From the NCBI GenBank assembly GCA_025558095.1, contig JAIVFI010000044.1:124001-188000 (forward strand): a stretch of DNA of 64,000 nt, given 5' to 3'. Position 1 is the stretch's first letter. The number at the start of each line of letters is the position of its first letter. The notes beneath the pieces were generated by a model. That model had not been told where the DNA came from. It did no database searches and was given only the letters and a program-made list of their open reading frames with translations. This DNA comes from Hyaloraphidium curvatum SAG 235-1. Lineage: Eukaryota > Fungi > Monoblepharomycota. Both the position numbers and the translations under genes were made by a program. Positions 55,752-64,000 of this stretch are shown one piece after another.

Positions 55752-57669
55752 ATGTCCCGCCGACAGCGCCGCCGCGCCTCCTCCACGGCCCCGGCCCCTT
55801 CCGAGGCCCCCTCGGAGCCCTCTGCGCCCGAATACGACCTCGTCATCCTCGGCGCCGGCGTCGCCGGGCTCGCGCTCGCCGCGCGCCTGCGCGCCGAATG
55901 GCCCGACAAGAGGACCGTCCTCCTCGAAGCCCGCTCCCGGATCGGCGGCCGCGTCTCCACCGAGCCCGTCGCCGGGGTGCCGGTGGACATGGGCGCGGCG
56001 TGGCTGCACGATCTGTCGCGGGACAACCCGCTCGCGGACCTCGTGAGGAGGACGGGGGTCAGGACCAAAGTCAGCGACTACGGGTACGCGGGGGGGAGCC
56101 ATTGGGATCTGAGGCCGGATTGGGGGGAGGGGGAGGAGGAGCCGCCTGCGGGGGTGAGGCCGATGGGGAGGAGGATGCCGAGGGAGGAGGCCGAGAGGGA
56201 GTACGGGACGTACGAGAAGTTCGAGGGGGAGCTGAACCGGCTGCGGGAGGAGCTGTTCAATGCCGAGGAGGCGGAGGACGCGCCGCTGGCGGACCTGGTG
56301 GACGCGGCCAAGGACGCGCTCGGGCTGGCCGGGAAGCGGGCCGCTTGGCTCGACGAACTGGTCTATACCTCGGTCGAGGAGGTCGAGGCGGCGGATTGCG
56401 AGGAGCTGAGCGCACTCTACTTTGACGAGGTGGACGTGGACGTCAACGGGGGCGTGAACCTGCTGTTTCCCGAAGGAGCGTGGAGTCTCTTCCAAAGGTG
56501 GGTCTCCATCTGCCCCTGCCGGACCAGATGCTGACGATTCTCGCAGCCTCGCCGAGGGCCTGGACATCCGTCTCGGCGCCGAGGCCGTTTCCGTCACCCA
56601 CGACCCCCGATCAAAGGTCGTCGCCGTGCGCACCCGCTCGGGCGAGTCTTTCCGCGCCTCGACGGTGGCCGTCACCGTCCCCCTCGGCGTGCTCAAGGCC
56701 GACCGCATCGCCTTCACCCCCGCCCTGCCCAAGCGGCTCCGCGAATCGGTGGACAAGCTCGGGTTCGGCACGCTGGACAAGGTCATCCTCCTGTTCCCGC
56801 GCGGCGCGCTGGGCAGGCTGCTCGATTCGGGGAGCGAGATACTGTACCTGCACCACGACGCGGACGAGGAGCGGGACGGGTTCCGGATCGTGGAGATGTT
56901 TGCCCTGGACGGGTGGACGCGGCACCTGGCGCCGCCCCCGGAGGTGGACGGGCTGGTCGGGTTCGTCGCGGGGAGCGGGGCGCGGCGGATGGAGGAGATG
57001 GGCGAGCGGGAGGTGCTGGACGTCGTGATGGGGAAGCTGAGGAGGGCGGACCCGGGTTTGCCCGATCCCGTGGAGGTGCGAATCACGAGGTGGGCGGGTG
57101 GCGGTTGCGGGCACGTGATCGTCAGCTGACGTCGACTTTTCAGGTGGGCGACGGACCCGTTCTCCCTGGGCTCGTACAGCTTCCACGCGCCGGGTTCTCA
57201 TCCGTCGGACCACGACGCCTTTACTGCCCCCGTGAACGGATGGCTCTATTTCGCCGGGTGGGTGGCCTCCCCACCCCGGGCCCGCCATCCGGACGATCGC
57301 CTGACGCCCCTGCCCCAATCCAGCGAACACACTTCGGACGTGTATCCTGCAACGATGCAGGGCGCCTACACCTCGGGCCTGCGGGTAGCGTCGCAGATCT
57401 CGGAGGCGTGGCTCGCTCCCACCCTGCCGCCGAGCATGCGGGCGGCGCGCGGACAGGCAGCCCCAGCGCCCCTGCCGGGCCAAATTTCGTTAGGAGGCCT
57501 GCAGATGCCGGCGAGTGGGATTCCGGAGTCTATGGACAGGCAGATGGCCGCCGGAGCGCAAGGTTTTGGCGGGGGCCCGTTCGGGGGTCCTCCCGGGCCG
57601 GATGCGGAGGGCGGACCGAGCGGAAAAGACGATGCAGGCAACGATGGAAAACGTAGGCCGAAGCTCTGA
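55752..57669 (+). CDS. Flavin-containing amine oxidase (polyamine oxidase-like)
   Basis: VILGAGVAGL, LEARSRIGGRV, DMGAAWLH, VTVPLGVLK, GTLDKVIL, WATDPFSLGSYS, LYFA.EHTS..YPATMQGAYTSG. About three introns; ends -PKL. Confidence 0.9.
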
Positions 57670-58314
57670 TTGAATTAATACGATCAGATGGGGAGGTCCT
57701 AATCGACTGCGGCTGCTCAGGGTGTCGCTCCTTTGAGCTCCGCTCGAAAAGGCATATGACCGCGGCCCGCCCGCCCTAAAACGGCTTCACGAACAGGTCT
57801 CCCCCCCGGGCGTAGGCTCACGGCCGGAGGCGGGATAGCGTCTGCGAGCGCATTCGACCCGCGCGGAACCCGCGCCGGGCGTCTGCGGCGGCGCCGCCAG
57901 GCGGAGCGACACCCGCGCCGCCGATCCCGCACAAGGGCCCGCACCGCACCGCATCGCGTGCGGCGGGGCGCAGCGGCCGCGACTCCGCGGCGCGCGCGAA
58001 TGGCGGCGCCCGAGCGGCGGACTGTGCGGCGGCGGGGCGCGGACGGCGCGCCCCCGGTGGCCGGCCGGCCCCGCGCGCGGCCCGCGGGGACCGCCCACCC
58101 CTGCGCGCTCCCGGCGGGCCATCCGCCGCATACGCGCCGCGCACACCCTGACTTTGCTGCGGACGGCCCGCAAACACCGCCCGCCGCCCGCCGGGGCGTC
58201 GCTTTCGCACCGGCGGACCGGCCAAACACGGCCGGGGAGATAACAACGGACGCACTGCCGCCCCCCTTCGGCACCCCATCTCCGCCGCCCGCGCACCGCG
58301 GCGCATGTACGGGC

Positions 58315-59730
58315 ATGCGGACTATCCTGCCGCGCCGCCTGTGGGCCCGGGCGGCGCTGGTGTGCGCGCTGTTCGTATTGTTTGGCTGCCTCGTGCCCGT
58401 TTCGGACGCGGCCGCCGTCAAGCGCGAGCGCAGGTCCAAGGTGCCCGCGGCGAGCGCATCCGACGCATCTGTCCCGGGAACGCATGCGCAGGGCCGGCAG
58501 GCGGCGGTGTTTGCGGCGCAGGCTGCCGCATCGGCCGCATCCGCATCCAACCCTCCCCCCACCGCCACGGCGCGCTCGCTCGTCACCATCACCGGCACCC
58601 TGGCCGTCTCCGTGGCGCCCTCGAGGACCCCCACGCCCGAGCCGGACGACACCATGATGGACCTGCTGTCGGTGGTCGTCAACGAGGAGCTCTCGGACGA
58701 GTGCAAGAGCGCCCTGACCGGCCCGGCGTCGGTCAACGTGGTCGAGTCGTGCGGCCTCAAGGACTTCATCAACTCGGGCCCCGACGAGCACCTCGAGTTC
58801 CCGCACCTGGACCCGACCACGTACTCGTCCGAGCTGTCGCTCTCGCGCACGTGCTCCGAGTTTTCGGGCTGCCTCAACTCGCTCGAGGACTTTTACCAGA
58901 GCTCCGTCGACGCCTGCGGCGACCAGGTCATCTTTGACTTTTCCAACATCACGACCACGCTGGGCAAGGGCATCAACCCGTGGACGTCGGCGCCGATCGC
59001 CGGGGTGCCGGAAACCCTGGACGAGGACTACGACTCGCCGACCCCGGGCCGCGCCCCCGCCATTCCCCTCCCCCTCGCCCTCCTCATGCACCTGCCCGTC
59101 GTCCCGCAGCTGGCCAAGGTCAAGCTGACCATCGCCGACGTGCACTCTGTCGGCCGCTTCGCGCTGGCCGCGGCGTGCGCCACGGACCGCGAGGGCAACC
59201 TGTGCGTCAAGCAGCTCGTCAACCGCGTTTTGCCGGGCTATTACGACGAGAGCGACATGGCCATCGCCCCCAAGAACCAGAGCGAGCACGGCGACGGCGC
59301 CTCGCCGCGGGTCACGGAGCCCCCCGCCGCCGGCCACGCCGACGCGGAGCGGCCCTCCTTCTCTGACCTCCTCCGCCGGCTCATGCCCACCCTCCTCCCC
59401 TTCGACCTCCTGGACCTGCTCTCCAACTCGGACCTCCTCTGCTCCGAGTGCTTCCGCGTCGAGATGGCCGTCCTGGCCTCGCACTCGGGCGAGCGCATCC
59501 TCGACGCCCCCGCGCGCTCGTTCCTCGAGACGGCGTACCGCGCCACCCGCTCCGCCTGCCCGGGCTCGGGGATGGACCCCGACCTGGTGGTGGTGCAGCA
59601 CGCGATCGGGAGCGACGACAAGGGCAACGTCGACGGCCGCAAGATCAAGCGGCCCGCGCCGGCGGCGCAGCCCGCGCAGCCGAGGAAAAAGGGCGAGGGG
59701 TGGTGGGGCTGGCTGGCGAGGATGCTGTAA
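58315..59730 (+). CDS. Secreted cysteine-rich protein, paralogue of 47129-48459
   Basis: Signal peptide and dibasic KR/RR sites, LSDECKSAL, DACGDQ, DVHSVGRFALAAACATDREGNLCVKQ, LLCSEC. Confidence 0.75.
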   Translation: MRTILPRRLWARAALVCALFVLFGCLVPVSDAAAVKRERRSKVPAASASDASVPGTHAQGRQAAVFAAQAAASAASASNPPPTATARSLVTITGTLAVSVAPSRTPTPEPDDTMMDLLSVVVNEELSDECKSALTGPASVNVVESCGLKDFINSGPDEHLEFPHLDPTTYSSELSLSRTCSEFSGCLNSLEDFYQSSVDACGDQVIFDFSNITTTLGKGINPWTSAPIAGVPETLDEDYDSPTPGRAPAIPLPLALLMHLPVVPQLAKVKLTIADVHSVGRFALAAACATDREGNLCVKQLVNRVLPGYYDESDMAIAPKNQSEHGDGASPRVTEPPAAGHADAERPSFSDLLRRLMPTLLPFDLLDLLSNSDLLCSECFRVEMAVLASHSGERILDAPARSFLETAYRATRSACPGSGMDPDLVVVQHAIGSDDKGNVDGRKIKRPAPAAQPAQPRKKGEGWWGWLARML

Positions 59731-59925
59731 AGGCGCATGCATGCGGACGCGTTGGTTTTGGACGATCGCGATACCTGGCCCCGCAGGGGCGACGGACCGG
59801 AACGGGCGCTGCGACCCGGCCGGCCGACCTTTCCTAATCTGTAATGCTGCTGTTCTTCCGCGAGCCTAGATTAAGTAGAGCCTGGTTCTATTGCATCCGC
59901 GGGGCCCGCATGCGCCTGAATGCGC

Positions 59926-62900
59926 CTAGTCCGAGTCCGAGTCGGTCGGCGGATCCGCTGCTCGGGCGACCTCCTCCACCTTCCACCCTTGCTTCCTCCC
60001 CTTTGCCTTGCTCCCGGCCTTGCTTCCCGCACCGAGGAGCCCCATCAGCCCCGCATCCGCCGCCCAACCCCCGCCCTCTTTGGGCTTCACCGGCGGCCAC
60101 CTCGCAACGACGTGGCCCCTCTCGGGCTCGCTGTACCACGCCGCCGCCTCCTTCCTCAGGAACCCCGGCTCGCCCCTCCACGCATCCAGCAGCGCCGCCC
60201 TGGACGCGATCCCGCGGCGCGCAAGCGCCGAGACGAGGTCCGCGCACCGGGGGAGGTGCTTCCCCGCGTCCGAGACCAGCGTGCGCGCGGGCTGCACGAG
60301 CTTCGGCACGAGCAGGGCAAAGGGGTCCGTGCGGCCGCCGCCGGGAGGGGAAAAGACGAGGCCGTCGAGCAGGGCGAGGGCGAAGCGGCGGGAGCGCTCG
60401 GTGGTGCCGGTGCCGGGGGGTGCGTCGGGGCCGGTGGGGAAGGGGACGCGGAGGGGGGAGGGGAGGGGCCATTTGCCCGCGTAGGTGGCGCGGGCGCGGC
60501 AGAGGACGGCATCCGAGGCAGGGTCGTAGGCCGGAGGGGGGTCGTCGAGGATTGGGTGCATGGCGCAGAGAGATTTCGGTGCTAGAGCCGGTATCCAGGC
60601 TTCCTTGACAACGGTACAGGTCTTGAGGACCTGAGAATCGGCGGCGGAGGGGTCCTTGAGGCCGCCGCGGGCGTCGAGAAGGGTTTCGCCGTCAGCGCCG
60701 AGCAACTCGTCGCGTGCCGACGATTCGGTGTAAACGATCCAGTCCGCGGGCGGGCGTAGAGGATGTAGCACGGAAGACGCATGAATCCGCACGACTGCGC
60801 CCGGCTGGCTTTCCAGGGTGGCATAGTTGGGCTGCCTCGAGTTGGGCAGGGGAGAAAGGCGGGCCAGCTGGTCGGGGAAGCCGGCAAAGACGAGCTGGCA
60901 CAGCGCGCTGCGCTGCTTGGCGTCCGGAGGAGGCAGTCGTCGATCGCCGGCGAGGGCCGCGAGGTTCGCCTGCACATTCGCGGAAGCCGCTGCGTATGGC
61001 GCCAGCACCGTACGCGCGAGGGAAGTCAGCTGCCCGCGCAGCTTGGCGACCTCGGCCATGCTCTTGGGGTTGAGAAAATGGTCTCTGCAGAAGCGCTCCA
61101 ACGCGGATTCCGAAAGGTGGGAGCGGCGGTGGTGCTCGTAGGCACCGATCGCGCCCAGCACGCGGAGGTGATCCGAGCCGGCGTCCGGTCCGGCAAACAT
61201 GGCCATGGCACGCCAGAACTTGCCGTGCCGGTGCTTGCGCTCCTCCTTGGAGGGACCTTCGCCCTCGTCGTCCTCGGGGTCTGCCACGTCCGCGCCCGAG
61301 AGCACGTCCGAGGGCCGGACAAAGACCTCGCCGGGCACGCTCATGCCGGCGACCAGCGCGATCACGTGCGCCAGGACGTTGTTCTCGGGGGGTTGTTGCG
61401 CGGCGAGCACGATCATCTTGGAGTAGCGCGGGCTGACGGGGAGCTTGCCCATGATGCGGCCGACTGCCGTCGCAGACAGGCTAGACGAGGAAGGGTCGAT
61501 CGCGCCCAGGTAGGTCAGCAGCTTCTCCGCTGCCCGTAAACGGTCCCGATCGGGCGGCGTCGGGTACGGAAAGTTGGCGACCTGCGCGATTCCCATCGAC
61601 TTCATCTGCAGCACGACGCCTGCCAGAACATGTTAGCATCCTGAGCCGGCAGATGCACGACAGCCACGAAAACGCACCTTCGAGCGGCACACGAGCAATT
61701 TCAGGCTCAGTCCACTCCCGAAACTTGTCCCCAAAGACGGCGCTGCTAAAGAGCCGGTAGCAGTGGCCAACGCCGACACGACCCGCACGGCCGGCACGCT
61801 GGTCCGCGCTGGCCCGGCTCGTCCACCCGGTGACGAACCGCTGCACGCCGGTCCGAGGATCGTAGTCCCGCGACTTGACCTTCCCAGAGTCAAGGACGTA
61901 GCGGATGCCCGGGATCGTGAGCGAGGTCTCGGCGATGTTGGTCGCCACGACGACAAGGCGGTGGCCCTCTGGCACGTCCTTGAAGATGCGCATCTGCGCG
62001 GCGTTCGGCAACAGCGAGTGCAGGGGGAGGATATGCAAGGGCTGGATCTGCTCGCGCGGGGTCGAAGACGGCGTCCGCAGAGCCTCTTGCAAAGTCGGGT
62101 CGGCGGCGTCCTGGGACTCTTCGTCCTCCTCACCCTCCAGGACCGCGACCTCCTCCTCCGAGTCGTTGCCGTCCTCGCCGCCCGAATCGCTCGCCCCCCC
62201 GTCGTCGGCGTCCGCGTCGGCCCTGCCGAGTTCGGCGTCCAGCTGCCCGTCGTCCTCCAAATCCGCATCGTCTTGCACGACGAATCCCTCCCCGCCCTTT
62301 ACCCGGTCGCCAGCCTCCTGTTCCTCGAGCGCCTCCCTCTCGCGGTCCAGTATCCTCTTTTTCGGGTACTTTTCCCGCAGCAGCCGGACCAGTTCGTCGA
62401 TCTCGGCGCGCCCGGTGAGAAAGACGAGCACCCCGCCCGGCGGCAGCCGCTCGTGGATCTTGCACAGCTTCCGAAAAGCCTCCTTGACGTACGCCCCCGG
62501 CCCCGTCGGCGTCACGCGCTGGAAGTGCACGACGACCTTGTACTGTCGCCCTTCGACGTTGACCACTGGCGGCACGCTCTCAAAGAGCGTCCTGTTGCCG
62601 GCAACGTCCTGCACCCGGAGCGTGGCGCTCATAATGACCAGCCGCAGCGGCTTCACCCCCGACCGCCTGGCCTGCTCCGAGTTGCGCAGCTTCACGATCC
62701 GGGAAAGCCAGCCGATGAGGACGTCGGTCCCGATCGTCCGCTCGTGGGCCTCGTCGAGGATGATGCACGAGTACTGCTTCAACAGCAGGTCGCCGCCCCC
62801 CTGCTCCTCGTTGGCGGCGCCGGAAAGCTCCCGGAGGAGGATGCCGTCCGTGACGAACTTGATCCTGGCGTCCCCAATGCCCTCGGACTTGTCGTAGCGC

Positions 62901-64000
62901 ACCTGGTACCCCACGACCTTCTTTCCGACCTCGCCCATCTCTTCCGTGACGCGCCGTGCGACACCGATCGCGGCGACGCGCCGAGGTTCCGTTACGGTGA
63001 TCCCGCCGCTGAACAAGGGGTGGTCTGGGTTGCCGAAACCAAACTCGTAGAGAATCTGCGGGACCTGCGTGGTCTTGCCGGAGCCCGTCGAGCCGCAGAT
63101 GATGGTGACGGGGTTGTGCAGCACCGCGTCCAAGATGTTGGACTCGTACTGCATGATGGGCAGCTCCTGCCTCGCCAGGCTCATCGCCTCGGTCCGCGGC
63201 ACGTGCTGGATGTACTTGGAGGTCTGCAGGTTCGCGGGCGTGACCTGCTTCGGATCCGCGGTCAAGACCGGAGCGGCCGGGGTTTTGGGCGGCGGGCGCC
63301 AATCCAGGCTATCTGAATCCGAGTCCGAGCCGTCCGGCCTCTTGCCCTGGGCCTCCCTGGCGCGCCGCCGCGCTTCCTTCTGCCTCTTTCGCTGTTCCTG
63401 CCGCTTCCGCGCCTTTTCCTCCAAGAAGGCCTCCTCCTCCCTCTGCCTCTGCTCCGCCACGGCAGCATCAAAGGCGTCGACTTCGGCGGCGGGAGGCGGC
63501 CGCGGTTCAGCGGAAGCGGCCAACGGTGCGCCTTTCGGCTTGAGCGCCGAACCGAAACCGGGCCCCGATGGTGCCATCGTGCCGTCCTTCGGCTTCAATG
63601 AGCTTCCAAAAGCAGGGTTCGCGGACTTGAGGGCGCTTCCAAACTGTGCCGGGGGAAGAGCACCGCGGGACTCCTCGTCCCCGCCATCCGAGTCCGCCCT
63701 GAGGTCCCGTTCGAGGTCCGAGTCCTCGTCGAAATCAGAGTCCATCTCCACCTCGTTGGTGCCGCTGCCGTTCGGCGCCTCCCGCACGCCGTTCTGCGCC
63801 TCCGCGGCCGGGTCGATGCGGTCTCGCAGGGCGTTGGGCCTGCCGAGGAGCTTCGACGACAGGAGGAGGGGCTGGACCGACTTTGACTTCTCGGAGATTT
63901 CGGAAAGCTTGGCCATGATCTGGTTGTGCTCCTTCTTGGCCTCTTGCCGTTTCTGTCCACGGACAAAGTCCGTCAAGCTTCGAAAGACGCTCGTCGGCGA
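59926..64000 (-). CDS. DHR1: DEAH-box RNA helicase Dhr1/Ecm16/DHX37 (5' end outside window)
   Basis: GSTGSGKTTQVPQ, TEPRRVAA, DEAHER, MSAT, TNIAETSLTIPG, QRAGRAGR, NFPYPTPP (HA2). One intron at about 61621-61677. Confidence 0.93.

Noticed and set aside
1-64000. Many long overlapping or antisense ORFs (e.g. 57787-59742 -, 23640-25112 -, 18652-20535 +, 55560-57086 -)
   Set aside because: Arg/Pro/Gly-rich shadow frames expected from high GC3, with no motifs.
1-64000. tRNA, rRNA, snoRNA or telomeric repeats
   Set aside because: None recognisable by eye; small ncRNAs cannot be excluded without a covariance-model search.

Overview
Gene-dense, GC-rich eukaryotic DNA with short spliceosomal introns (mostly 50-110 nt, donors mainly GTGGGT/GTGCGC/GTGAGT/GTACGT, branch sites like GCTGAC). 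A Zn(II)2Cys6 factor, Tul1, Ypp1 and a fungal-type I78 domain indicate a fungus. Stefin, POFUT1 and Ycf45 homologues suggest an early-diverging, chytrid/monoblepharid-like lineage (inference). About 28 intact genes plus gene fragments were reconstructed by manual splicing. No rRNA, tRNA, CRISPR or transposase was recognised. Most notable: (1) a riboflavin synthase-DHBP synthase (Rib5-Rib3) fusion whose synthase domain has lost its active-site Cys and Ser; (2) a MenA/UbiA prenyltransferase fused to a flavin monooxygenase, head-to-head with a P450; (3) an intronless, animal-like POFUT1; (4) a divergent pair of protease-inhibitor-domain chimeras (LEA-like+I78, and stefin+PPxY+LysM+UBA-like); (5) a Ycf45 ATPase with a putative LOTUS domain; (6) a stretch of bacterial-type enzymes with 0 to 6 introns; (7) scattered 5'-truncated MYND-finger relics. 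All family assignments come from recognising motifs by eye, not from database searches.
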